Source of the DNA: Culturomica sp.
Lineage (GTDB): Bacteria; Bacteroidota; Bacteroidia; Bacteroidales; Marinifilaceae
NCBI GenBank assembly: GCA_031262745.1
Contig: JAISHE010000022.1
Span: 27,120 to 91,119 of the forward strand
Direction of reading: 5' to 3'
DNA: 64,000 nt
Under the pieces are notes generated by a model. The model saw nothing but the letters and a program-made list of their open reading frames with translations. It was not told where the DNA came from and made no database searches. Position 1 is the stretch's first letter; every line of letters begins with the position of its first letter. The position numbers and the translations under genes are program-made. Below are positions 7,905 through 17,276 of this stretch, piece by piece.

Positions 7905-9205
7905 AAAATAAGAAAGTTTACCTTGGAATGACGGCGGATATAATGCATCCGGGTTTGATACGAATTATAAACGAAGGCACGAAATACGGAGATGTGGTGG
8001 TTGGTTTGCTTACCGATGCTGCCATTGCTTCTCATAAGCGTTTACCGTATTTGACTTACGAACAGCGCAAAGAAGTGGTGGAAAGCATAAAAGGCGTGAG
8101 CGAGGTGGTGGCTCAGGAAGAATGGAGCTATGTAAACAATTTGCGTAAATTGCGCCCCGATTACATTATTCACGGAGATGATTGGGTGAGCGGTCCGTTG
8201 CAGAAAATCAGAGAGGATGTTTTCAGTGTGATGCGGGAGATTGGGGGAGAAGTGATAGAAATTCCTTATACACAAGGTATCAACTCAACATCTTTGGATA
8301 AGGACATTAAGGCGATAGGTACCACGCCCGACGTGCGTTTGAAATCGTTGAGACGATTGATAAATGCCAAACCGGTTGTGAGGATTTTGGAGGCTCATGA
8401 CGGTTTATGCGGCTTGATTATAGAAAACTTGGAACTCTACGACGATTCAGGACGCAAGGAATTTGACGGAATGTGGTCGAGCAGTTTAACTGACTCCACA
8501 AGCAAAGGTAAACCCGATATTGAAGCGGTTGACCTCACAACACGTTTGCAGGATTTAAACAACATTCTGGAATGTACTACCAAACCGATTATTTTTGACG
8601 GCGACACCGGCGGTAAGACGGAACATTTTGCTTTCACCGTTAGAACCTTGGAACGTCATGGAATATCAGCCGTTATAATCGAAGACAAAATAGGCTTGAA
8701 GAAGAATTCACTTTTCGGTACGGATGTGTTGCAGTGTCAAGACACGATAGAAGGCTTTACTGAAAAAATCAAAGTCGGTAAATCGTCCCAAGTAACCGAT
8801 GACTTCATGATAATTGCCCGCATTGAAAGTTTGATTGCCGGTAAACCCGTGTCGGATGCGTTGGAAAGAGGTTATGCCTACGTTGAAGCCGGTGCCGACG
8901 GTATTATGATTCACAGCAAGGATAAATCGGGCGATGACATTAGAGAATTTTGCACCGAATTTCGCAAACGCTATACGCACATACCGATTGTCGTAGTCCC
9001 CACGACATACGACCACATCTATGAGAAGCAACTTGTTGAGTGGGGTGCAAACATCGTGATATATGCAAATCATCTTTTGAGGGCGGCTTATCCTGCTATG
9101 CGCAAAGTTGCGAGTAAAATTCTGAAATATGAGAGGGCGTTGGAAGTGAGAGAAGATTGCCTGCCTATAAAGGAAATCTTGGAATTGATACCCGGTACAA
9201 AATAA
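7901..9205 (+). CDS. aepX: Phosphoenolpyruvate phosphomutase with N-terminal cytidylyltransferase-like domain
   Basis: EDKIGLKKNS matches the EDKx5NS PEP-mutase signature. The N-terminal ~130 aa resemble glycerol-3-phosphate cytidylyltransferase (GMTADIMHPG). Confidence 0.85.
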   Translation: MKNKKVYLGMTADIMHPGLIRIINEGTKYGDVVVGLLTDAAIASHKRLPYLTYEQRKEVVESIKGVSEVVAQEEWSYVNNLRKLRPDYIIHGDDWVSGPLQKIREDVFSVMREIGGEVIEIPYTQGINSTSLDKDIKAIGTTPDVRLKSLRRLINAKPVVRILEAHDGLCGLIIENLELYDDSGRKEFDGMWSSSLTDSTSKGKPDIEAVDLTTRLQDLNNILECTTKPIIFDGDTGGKTEHFAFTVRTLERHGISAVIIEDKIGLKKNSLFGTDVLQCQDTIEGFTEKIKVGKSSQVTDDFMIIARIESLIAGKPVSDALERGYAYVEAGADGIMIHSKDKSGDDIREFCTEFRKRYTHIPIVVVPTTYDHIYEKQLVEWGANIVIYANHLLRAAYPAMRKVASKILKYERALEVREDCLPIKEILELIPGTK

Positions 9206-9211
9206 GGTGTT

Positions 9212-10336
9212 ATGATTAGTGTTGAAAAATTTTATCAATTGCTTTCGGAAAACGGTATTGAGTTCTTTACGGGCGTACCGGATTCTTTGCTGAAAGATAT
9301 TTGTGCTTACATAACCGACAACACTCCGGCAGAAAAAAACATTATTGCAGCAAATGAGGGTGCTGCCGTCGGCTTGGCATGCGGTTACCACATTGCCACC
9401 GGTTTGACGCCCTTAGTCTACATGCAGAATTCCGGCATAGGTAATGCCGTAAATCCTCTTGTTTCTCTTGCAGACGAAAAGGTCTACAATATCCCTTTGT
9501 TTTTGATGATCGGTTGGAGAGGTGAACCCGGCAAGCACGATGAACCTCAGCATGTGAAGCAGGGAGAAATAACACTGGATTTGTTGCACACGATAGGAGT
9601 GCCTTACGTGGTGTTGGAAGAAAACGAAGCGGAAGCATTCGAGCAAATGCGTAGGTTGTTTGCAGAAATCGGAAATACCGGTCGCACACATGCGATTGTG
9701 GTGAGAGATAAAACGTTTTCACCTTATAAACTCAATGCCAAGCAACCGAATAATAACTATTTGAGCCGTGAAGACGCTTTGAAATTGGTGGTTGACAACA
9801 TTGCGGAGGATGAGATCATAGTTTCCACTACGGGTAAACTCTCGCGAGAATTGTATGAATACAGAGATGAAAAGAAACGCCCTCATTCGGGAGATTTCCT
9901 AACAGTCGGTTCAATGGGGCATTCGTCTTCGATAGCTTTGGGTATTGCTTTGGAGAAAAAAGATAGGACAGTTTTTTGTTTGGACGGCGACGGTGCATTT
10001 CTTATGCACTTGGGTGCTATCACTAATATAGGTATGTTTTCACCTGCAAATTTCAAGCATATAGTTTTCAACAACGGTGTCCATGAATCTGTGGGCGGTC
10101 AACCGACGGCAGGTTTCAAAATCAATATACCTGCGATTGCTTCGGCTTGCGGTTATTCGGGTGCAATGACGGCTACCACAGCAAGCGAGATAGAGGAAGG
10201 TATGCGGCAATTGCGTGCGGCAAAAGGTGCTTACTTGCTTGAAATTAAAGTGGGCATAGCTTCACGCTCCGATTTGGGTCGTCCGAAAACGACACCCGTA
10301 AAAAACAAAATAGAACTTATGAAAAAATTAAAATAG
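9212..10336 (+). CDS. aepY: Phosphonopyruvate decarboxylase (ThDP-dependent)
   Basis: GDGAFLMHLGAITN...FNNG ThDP-binding motif. Sits between the PEP mutase and the AEP transaminase. Confidence 0.85.
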   Translation: MISVEKFYQLLSENGIEFFTGVPDSLLKDICAYITDNTPAEKNIIAANEGAAVGLACGYHIATGLTPLVYMQNSGIGNAVNPLVSLADEKVYNIPLFLMIGWRGEPGKHDEPQHVKQGEITLDLLHTIGVPYVVLEENEAEAFEQMRRLFAEIGNTGRTHAIVVRDKTFSPYKLNAKQPNNNYLSREDALKLVVDNIAEDEIIVSTTGKLSRELYEYRDEKKRPHSGDFLTVGSMGHSSSIALGIALEKKDRTVFCLDGDGAFLMHLGAITNIGMFSPANFKHIVFNNGVHESVGGQPTAGFKINIPAIASACGYSGAMTATTASEIEEGMRQLRAAKGAYLLEIKVGIASRSDLGRPKTTPVKNKIELMKKLK

Positions 10337-10340
10337 CATC

Positions 10341-11459
10341 ATGAAAATCGAAAGAAAGATACTACTAAACCCGGGTCCTGCCACCACTTCCGATGAAGTG
10401 AAGTTTGCAATGTTGGTGCCAGATATATGCCCTCGTGAAGAAGAATTCGGAGCAATAATGAACACAATCAAAGAGGATTTGCCGAAGGTGGTGAACGCTG
10501 GTGATGAATATACTTCCGTGATGTTTACGGCTTCGGGCACGGGAGGAGTGGAAGCTGTGATCACTTCCGCAATACCTGCCGGCGGGAAAATATTGGTGGT
10601 TGAAAACGGTGCCTACGGTACGAGAATGGCTGAAATAGCGGAAACATATAAAATACCTACCGTGCGCTACCGGCTTGCTTACGGCGATTTTCCCGATGTG
10701 GCTACTATTAAAAGGTATTTGGATGAGGATGCTACCATAACGCATGTAGGCATTATTGACCATGAAACCACAACAGGTATGCGTAATCCGGTGCAGGAAG
10801 TGTGCGACACGGCTCATGCGCTCGGTAGGGAAGTGATTGTGGACTGTATGAGTTCTTTTGCCGGTTTACCGATTGATTTGCAACGTTGGCAAGCCGATTA
10901 TATCGTTTCATCTTCCAACAAGTGTATACAGGGAATGCCGGGTTTGGTATTTGTGATTTTCAAAAAGTCGGCTTTGAATGCTCTGAAAGAAAATAAACAC
11001 GGGCGTTCCTTTTATTTCGACATATATTCGCAGTATGACGGTTTCCGAAACACCGGTCAGATGCCTTTCACACCTCCTGTGCAAGTGGTCTACGCATTGC
11101 GCAAGGCTTTGGATTTATTCTTTGAGGAAACGGCGGAAGGTCGTATACGCAGATATAGGCGCAACTACGAGGTTTTGAAAGAAGGATTGTCGTCGTTTGG
11201 TTTCCGTTTTCTTCTCGAAGATCGCTATCAGTCGGGACTTTTGATTGCCGTTTGCGAACCTGCCAATGAAGATTATGACTTCAATTCGATGCACGATTTC
11301 TTTTATGCACGTGGCTACACGATTTATCCGGGTAAAGGCGCAAAGGAACTGACTTTTCGGCTTTCCGTGCTCGGCGATTTGTATGAAGCCGATATACGTT
11401 CTTTCCTGAAAGAGATGAGTGCCTACTTGTCAACCTTGAACGAGCCTTTGAAATATTAA
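10341..11459 (+). CDS. aepZ: 2-aminoethylphosphonate--pyruvate transaminase (class V aminotransferase)
   Basis: SSNKCIQG PLP-lysine region and operon context. Confidence 0.8.
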   Translation: MKIERKILLNPGPATTSDEVKFAMLVPDICPREEEFGAIMNTIKEDLPKVVNAGDEYTSVMFTASGTGGVEAVITSAIPAGGKILVVENGAYGTRMAEIAETYKIPTVRYRLAYGDFPDVATIKRYLDEDATITHVGIIDHETTTGMRNPVQEVCDTAHALGREVIVDCMSSFAGLPIDLQRWQADYIVSSSNKCIQGMPGLVFVIFKKSALNALKENKHGRSFYFDIYSQYDGFRNTGQMPFTPPVQVVYALRKALDLFFEETAEGRIRRYRRNYEVLKEGLSSFGFRFLLEDRYQSGLLIAVCEPANEDYDFNSMHDFFYARGYTIYPGKGAKELTFRLSVLGDLYEADIRSFLKEMSAYLSTLNEPLKY

Positions 11460-11476
11460 CGACTTTTTCTATCACC

Positions 11477-11962
11477 ATGAAACTATCCATTATCGTTGCT
11501 GCTGCTGAAAACAGTGTTATAGGTAAAGACAATAATTTGATATGGCACCTGCCGGCGGATTTGAAGTATTTTAAAACGGTAACCACCGGTCATTCCGTTA
11601 TCATGGGGCGCAAAACGTATCTTTCAATAGGTAGACCATTGCCTAATCGTCGCAACATTATTATTTCCACCGACAAAAATCTGTCTGTAGAAAATTGCGA
11701 AGTAGCCCATAGCGTGGAAGAAGCTATGGAACTTGTGAAGAATGAAGATGAGGCATTTGTGATAGGCGGGGGAAGCGTTTACAAAACATTTTGGGACAAA
11801 GCCGACCGCATTTATCTTACATTGGTGCATACCGTTTCCGACGGTGATACCAAGATACCCGCAATTTCACCTTTGCTTTGGAAGGAAGTGAGTCGTGAAC
11901 ACCACCTTAAAGACAACAAAAACGCCTTCGATTATTCTTTTGTGGTTTTTGAAAGAAAGTAG
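11477..11962 (+). CDS. folA: Dihydrofolate reductase
   Basis: IVAAAENSVIGKDNNLIWHLPADLKYFK and GRKTYLSIGRPLPNRRNII motifs. Confidence 0.9.
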   Translation: MKLSIIVAAAENSVIGKDNNLIWHLPADLKYFKTVTTGHSVIMGRKTYLSIGRPLPNRRNIIISTDKNLSVENCEVAHSVEEAMELVKNEDEAFVIGGGSVYKTFWDKADRIYLTLVHTVSDGDTKIPAISPLLWKEVSREHHLKDNKNAFDYSFVVFERK

Positions 11963-11980
11963 CTTGAAACGCTGCTCGTA

Positions 11981-12595
11981 CTAAAATAATTCTCCTATGC
12001 CTTGACGTATGATTTCGGGAGATTCTCCGCTGCAATCCACAACAGTTGAAGGTTCGTTGCGTCCATAGCCGCCGTCAACTACTATGTCGACATGATTGCG
12101 GTATTTTTCAAATATTAAATCCGGATCGGTCATATATTCCACAACTTCATCGTCGTCATGAACGGAAGTTGTGAGCAGCGGACTGCCGAATTCTTTCACA
12201 ATAGCCATGATCACCGGATTGTCGGGAATACGAATACCTATCGTTTTACGTTTGTTTTCCAAAATATGGGGCAGTCGATTTGAAGCATTCAGAATAAAAG
12301 TGAAAGGACCGGGCAAACTGCGTTTCATCAACTTAAAAGTGGCATCGTTCACCTTTGCATAAGCGGCAATATTGCTTAAGTCCGGACATATTATAGAAAA
12401 ATTTGCTTTTTCTGCTTTCACACCTTTGATTGTTGCCACTCTCTGCACGGCTTTCACCGCTTTTATGTCGCAACCTATGGCATAAATCGTGTCCGTAGGA
12501 TAAATCACCACTCCTCCGCCGGTTAGCATATCTACCACTTCTCTTACAATCCTGTAGTCAGGATTTTTTTCATATATTTTTACTAATTCTGCCAT
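11981..12595 (-). CDS. tsaC: L-threonylcarbamoyladenylate synthase (YrdC/Sua5 family)
   Basis: YPTDTIYAIGCD and KRSLPGPFTFIL YrdC-domain motifs. 204 aa. Confidence 0.8.
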   Translation of the reverse strand: MAELVKIYEKNPDYRIVREVVDMLTGGGVVIYPTDTIYAIGCDIKAVKAVQRVATIKGVKAEKANFSIICPDLSNIAAYAKVNDATFKLMKRSLPGPFTFILNASNRLPHILENKRKTIGIRIPDNPVIMAIVKEFGSPLLTTSVHDDDEVVEYMTDPDLIFEKYRNHVDIVVDGGYGRNEPSTVVDCSGESPEIIRQGIGELF

Positions 12596-12806
12596 TTTAT
12601 ATCATCGGTTCGTGTAAGCAATAGCTTTCAACACATTGTCAAAGGTAAGGTAATAATTTCAAATATACCGAATTTTGTATTAAAAGTACGGGCGTATGGT
12701 TACACCCGAAACACACAACATCGTCATCGGGCGTATGCCGTATGCCCGTAGATTACAGGCGTTGCGGGTATTATATTGTGGGGCGTGAAAAATATTCTAA
12801 CATTAT

Positions 12807-12840
12807 TTTGTCGATATTCAGAATTATTTTTTTACATTTG
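12807..12840 (+). promoter_or_regulatory. Orphan Bacteroidetes-type promoter facing the IS element
   Basis: TTTG (12807-12810) lies 22 nt upstream of TACATTTG (12833-12840). No convincing CDS follows before the IS left end at 12991. Confidence 0.3.
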
Positions 12841-13057
12841 CATCGCAATAGTTTCTTTGCAAAAACCATGGTTAATTTCGCCTCTTTTTTCCCTTTTTCG
12901 ATCTCTTCCGTTTTCATATTGATATGATGTAATTGTTTAAAAATATTGCAGTTAGCTTCTTTTTGCAAACAACCCTATTTCATTGATTTTCGGGTCAGCG
13001 GATTTTTCAGGTTGAGACCACTTCCTGTTTTCACGAATAGGCGTTATCTTTGCAGTC

Positions 13058-13408
13058 ATGAATTCATATAAGTTACTTAGTGCTATTCTGCCCGATGTTT
13101 TGATAGACAATTTTGAGGTTGTCAACTACGAGAAGACAGATGTTCGTTTTGACATTTGGCTTGATGAGAAAAAAGTTCAACTACGTGAGGACAAGTATAA
13201 TAGTAAAGTGGTAGCCTACGGTTTTGGATCTTACCATACCATTCAAGATTTTCCTATTCGAGGTCGAGCAACTTATCTTCATGTCCGCAAGCGCAAATGG
13301 CTCGATCAGGATACAGGTGATATTTTTAGTTATGATTGGGAATTGTCCGAACATGACCGCACACGCCTCAATGCAGAGTTCGTGTCTTTTTTAAAAGAGG
13401 GAGATTGA
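13058..13408 (+). CDS. ISL3-type transposase, N-terminal part
   Basis: 116-aa ORF starting 32 nt inside the left IR. It ends just after a T6A4 run. Confidence 0.7.
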   Translation: MNSYKLLSAILPDVLIDNFEVVNYEKTDVRFDIWLDEKKVQLREDKYNSKVVAYGFGSYHTIQDFPIRGRATYLHVRKRKWLDQDTGDIFSYDWELSEHDRTRLNAEFVSFLKEGD

Positions 13409-13541
13409 GACTACCCCTGTAAACATCAGTACGCTTGCAGCCCGAAACGGTCTCAATGGTCAGACACTTCGCAAGCAGTACAAGGAGGTCATTAGTGAGT
13501 ATCGCAGTTGGGATCAATTAGCTCATGCAGAAGAATATCTT

Positions 13542-14417
13542 GTGTTTGAGGATAACTTGGGCAGTGATTTGAGTTTGGATGAAACCTGCCTGAGTAACGG
13601 CGAAGTCTACACGGTGCTTACCAATAAAGCCGCTCATGGTCGGAAAGGTTGCCTTGTTGCCATGGTTCGCTGTGTAGGCAGTGAAACTGTAATCAAAGCA
13701 TTCAAGCGAATGACACACGCCATGCGCCTTACTGTTAAGACGGTAACCACCGATCTCTCCTCAGCCATGATGCTAATTGCACGTGAGAGTTTTCCCAAAG
13801 CGCAACTGATAAATGACCGTTTCCATGTGCAGCAGTTGATGAATGAAGCCGTCGATAATCTTCGGGTAAGATACCGCTGGGAAGTACTTGAGGCTGAGAA
13901 CATGGCTATCAAGGAATACCGACAAAAACGCAAGGAAGCTAAAGGACACGGTCATTCGATAGAGCCATGGAAACCCATAAAAATGAGCAACGGAGAAACG
14001 ATGACACAGATAATGGCTCGCAGTAAACACATTATCCTACAACACTTTTCAAAATGGAATGAACAACAAAAAGCTCGTGCCGAAATTCTCTTTGAGAACT
14101 ATCCAAAGCTCAAGCGAGGGTATGACCTCTCCATCAAGCTAACCGAGATATTCAACAAACGTATTACGGCAGATTCTGCCAGATTGCTACTTGCCAAGTG
14201 GTATGATGAAGTGGAAAAGTTCGGAGAAATGCAATTCAACCGTGTGCTGGATACATTTGAGAATCACTACCAAACAATCATAAATTATTTCAATGAAAGA
14301 TTGACAAACGCATCGGCTGAATCCTTCAATGCCAAAATCAAAGCCTTTCGCTCACAGTTTAGAGGTGTGGGAGATATTAAGTTCTTTATGTATAGGTTGT
14401 CCATGCTCTATTCATGA
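13542..14417 (+). CDS. ISL3-type transposase, catalytic part (frame is open from 13395)
   Basis: LSLDETCL, VTTDLSSAM, NDRFHVQQ and SAESFNAKIKAFR match the ISL3 DDE layout. The +1 frame is already open at 13395 and overlaps the end of the N-terminal ORF. Confidence 0.8.
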   Translation: MFEDNLGSDLSLDETCLSNGEVYTVLTNKAAHGRKGCLVAMVRCVGSETVIKAFKRMTHAMRLTVKTVTTDLSSAMMLIARESFPKAQLINDRFHVQQLMNEAVDNLRVRYRWEVLEAENMAIKEYRQKRKEAKGHGHSIEPWKPIKMSNGETMTQIMARSKHIILQHFSKWNEQQKARAEILFENYPKLKRGYDLSIKLTEIFNKRITADSARLLLAKWYDEVEKFGEMQFNRVLDTFENHYQTIINYFNERLTNASAESFNAKIKAFRSQFRGVGDIKFFMYRLSMLYS

Positions 14418-14473
14418 AAATAGGAAGTGGTCTCAACCCGAAAAATCCGCTGACCCGTAATTCTTCTTAAAGA

Positions 14474-14518
14474 AAAGAGGCTAAATCTCCTTTGAAATAG
14501 CCTCTTTTAGCCTCTTTT
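14474..14518. terminator. Bidirectional rho-independent terminator
   Basis: AAAGAGGCTA (14474-14483) pairs with TAGCCTCTTT (14498-14507). T-runs lie on both strands. Confidence 0.6.
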
Positions 14519-14521
14519 TTG

Positions 14522-14593
<72 letters not shown>

Positions 14594-14683
14594 ATATTAT
14601 CAAAACCACCTTTCTGATTTTGCTATGCAAAGGTAGTGCTTTTTATTTATAATCCAAGCCTGATTTGAATATTTTTAGTAATA

Positions 14684-15382
14684 TTAAAATGCAGCGATAA
14701 TAACAATTACCAATAATGTAGTTAATCCGGTAAAAATGATGATATTGTGATGTTGTATTTTTGAAGAATTACTTAATATTTTATAATCGTTAGTTTTGAA
14801 TTTTAGCAATTTCTCTATATAGGATGACTTTATAATTCCTTTGTAAATAAAATAGGATATATAAGCACCTATAACACCTACTATCAATCCGCCGAATAAA
14901 TCTCCCGGATAATGCAATCCAAGATAAACGCGTGAATAAGAATTGATTAAAGCCCAAGATAAGAAGAAATATGTAAGAGATTTTCTTTTAAAAAATAGCA
15001 TAACAGCAAAAGCCAGACCGAATGAATTTGCTGCATGACATGACGGGAAACCGTAGCGACCGCCACGTTTGCCATTTACAATATGTACAAATTCGGAAAT
15101 AGGATTGTTGGGATTGCTCGGACGCATACGTTGTATCTCCGGACGTATAACGGAAGCGCATATTTGATCACTAAAAATAATAACACCAACAATCATTATC
15201 ACCAAGAGCAAAGACATTCCGATACTGAAATTTTTCCAAATCACATACAAAATTGCAGCGTAAAGCGGTGCCCACGTAAACTTTGCTGTGAAAAACCACA
15301 TGAATTTGTCAAAATACGGCGAAGTTATTCCGTTGATATAGAAAAATAAATCTTGGTCAAACTGCTGCAGAGTTTCGAGCAT
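14684..15382 (-). CDS. PAP2-family lipid phosphatase, membrane protein
   Basis: Motifs IQRMRPSN, PSCHAANS and SRVYLGLHYPGD. Multiple TM segments. Confidence 0.8.
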   Translation of the reverse strand: MLETLQQFDQDLFFYINGITSPYFDKFMWFFTAKFTWAPLYAAILYVIWKNFSIGMSLLLVIMIVGVIIFSDQICASVIRPEIQRMRPSNPNNPISEFVHIVNGKRGGRYGFPSCHAANSFGLAFAVMLFFKRKSLTYFFLSWALINSYSRVYLGLHYPGDLFGGLIVGVIGAYISYFIYKGIIKSSYIEKLLKFKTNDYKILSNSSKIQHHNIIIFTGLTTLLVIVIIAAF

Positions 15383-15385
15383 AAA

Positions 15386-15811
15386 TTATTGAATATCAAA
15401 ATGCTCCTTTATAAGAGCGAGCAATTGTTCTTTAGGGCGTAAACCACTTACAAGAAAAGGTTCTTTGTCCTTAGGAATAAATAACATGAGGGGAATGCTT
15501 CTTACGTTGAATACATGTGCGAGCTCTCTCTCTTTATCGGTATTAACCTTATAAACCTGTATTTTAGAACCAAGTTCTTGTTGAATTTCTTCCAAGATCG
15601 GTGAAAGCCGTTTGCAAGGACCACACCAGTCAGCATAAAAATCCACTATAGCAGGTTTGTTTCCATAGTAATTCCATACTTTTAATGTGTCATAGTTAAA
15701 AATTTTTTCCTTAAAGGCTTTTGTGTCAATATTCTCAACTTTTTGTGCTGCAATGTTTATAGTTAACAGCGTACCCACTGATAGTAATAGTAGTATTAGA
15801 GATTTTTTCAT
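15386..15811 (-). CDS. Secreted thioredoxin-family protein
   Basis: Signal peptide followed by the WCGPCK active site. Confidence 0.85.
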   Translation of the reverse strand: MKKSLILLLLSVGTLLTINIAAQKVENIDTKAFKEKIFNYDTLKVWNYYGNKPAIVDFYADWCGPCKRLSPILEEIQQELGSKIQVYKVNTDKERELAHVFNVRSIPLMLFIPKDKEPFLVSGLRPKEQLLALIKEHFDIQ

Positions 15812-15896
15812 GTTATTAGCTAATTAACGCACAAATTTAAGCAATAATATTTTATAATTATGTTTTTTAGGCTTATTTTTGAATTAAAATTGGAAA

Positions 15897-16727
15897 ATGA
15901 TGACACTTTATCCTAATGCTAAGATAAATATAGGTTTGTTTGTTACTTCTAAAAGAAGTGATGGATACCATAATTTAGAGTCTGTATTTTTACCTGTTTC
16001 ATTGTGTGATATACTTGAAATAGAAGAAATTAATGGCAATGTCGGTGATTGCTATTTTGAACAAAATGGGATTATAATTGATTGTCCGATGGAGGAAAAT
16101 ATAGTAGTTAAAGCTTATCAATTGCTTTCATTTCACTATAAATTGCCCTCTGTGTCAATTAGTTTGCAAAAGAGGATGCCAACCGGTGCCGGTTTGGGTG
16201 GAGGTTCTTCCGATGCAGCATTTTGTTTGAAAGCCTTGAATGAATATTTCCATTTGAAGATTACGGAGAATCAGTTAATGAGATTTGCAGCATCACTTGG
16301 GAGTGATTGTATGTTTTTCATCAAAAATACACCTGCATTTGTTAGTAGTAGAGGCGACAATATAAAACCGATAGATTTTCAATTACTTGGTTATAAAATA
16401 TGTATTCTCAAACCACCTTTTGGAGTTTCAACAAAAGAGGCTTATTCGAAGATCGTACCGAAATCAGCTTCGTTTAATTTGAATAATTTGTCAAAGCTTA
16501 CTATGTCAAAATGGAGGGAAATTATTTTTAATGATTTTGAAGAGAGAGTGTTTGTAAAATATCCTGAAATAAACGAATTAAAGAGATATCTTTATAGTAT
16601 CGGAGCTATTTATGCTTCGATGAGTGGTAGCGGTTCGGCAGTTTATGGAATTTTTGAAAAGTATCCTGATGTTCAGGAAAATAATTTACCACCTGATACT
16701 TTCTATAGTATATGTGAATTTATATAA
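15897..16727 (+). CDS. ispE: 4-(cytidine 5'-diphospho)-2-C-methyl-D-erythritol kinase
   Basis: YPNAKINIGLFV...DGYHNLESV N-terminus and GHMP motif PTGAGLGGGSSDAA. Confidence 0.85.
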   Translation: MMTLYPNAKINIGLFVTSKRSDGYHNLESVFLPVSLCDILEIEEINGNVGDCYFEQNGIIIDCPMEENIVVKAYQLLSFHYKLPSVSISLQKRMPTGAGLGGGSSDAAFCLKALNEYFHLKITENQLMRFAASLGSDCMFFIKNTPAFVSSRGDNIKPIDFQLLGYKICILKPPFGVSTKEAYSKIVPKSASFNLNNLSKLTMSKWREIIFNDFEERVFVKYPEINELKRYLYSIGAIYASMSGSGSAVYGIFEKYPDVQENNLPPDTFYSICEFI

Positions 16728-17036
16728 TATACTCAGTTTATTGTTTCGTATTTGTTATCGGTCAGATTGCTCGGATATTGCTTTCCCATTCTTTTTCTTT
16801 ATGTATTTGGTAACCATAAAGATACGAAAAAATACCTGACAATCTACTGATAGCCAATTGATTAAATATAAAAAACCGGAACAAGCATTTAATTGTGTTG
16901 GAGGCATGTTAAAATAAACAAAACTTTTCCTTTCTTTTTTTAAGAGAAATTTGTATTTTTACAACCTGATTATCAACAAAAACGATTGCCTATGTAAACT
17001 GTATATATAAGTAAATACGCACATTATAAGACATTT

Positions 17037-17209
17037 GGGAAAAGCGTTATAGCTTAATCTGGTGTTTGAAACTTCGACACTTTCAAAAATCTACCAAGAG
17101 TAAAGCGAAAACGCTCACGCCTCAGGCGTGGGCTTTACTCGTTTATTTGGTAGATAGGTAGTCGAAGACCTCAAGCACGGATAATTAGGGTTTTGTCCGC
17201 GCTTTTCTT
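17037..17209. other. ~170-nt nested imperfect hairpin (candidate structured RNA or MITE-like palindrome)
   Basis: Six co-axial helices: 17040-46/17200-06, 17062-69/17171-78, 17072-78/17161-67, 17091-97/17147-53, 17098-106/17132-40 and 17116-21/17125-30. Confidence 0.4.
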
Positions 17210-17276
17210 ATGTGCATATTCAATGGATGGGACAATAACAAAATGTAAGAATCAATTTATTAAAGTTAAAGCAAAA

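Larger units (their letters stand above)
12991..14457 (+). mobile_element. ISL3-family insertion sequence (~1.47 kb) with a split transposase
   Basis: 36-bp terminal inverted repeats at 12991-13026 and 14422-14457, matching at 35/36 positions (CGGGTCAGCGGATTTTTC[A/G]GGTTGAGACCACTTCCT). Transposase motifs are inside. No clean target-site duplication seen. Confidence 0.85.

Noticed and set aside
12700-12790. GGGCGTATG / CGTATGC repeats (GGGCGTATGG, CGGGCGTATGCCGTATGCCCG, GGGGCGTGA) between tsaC and the IS.
   Set aside because: They are short and imperfect, and neither cleanly palindromic nor tandem beyond two units. Similar GC-rich snippets are common in Bacteroidales intergenic DNA. There is not enough here to call a feature.
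12742-12968. ORFs 12742-12927 (+) and 12771-12968 (-) in the tsaC-IS spacer.
   Set aside because: They are mutually overlapping, low-complexity and AT-rich, and show no motifs. They are probably non-coding.
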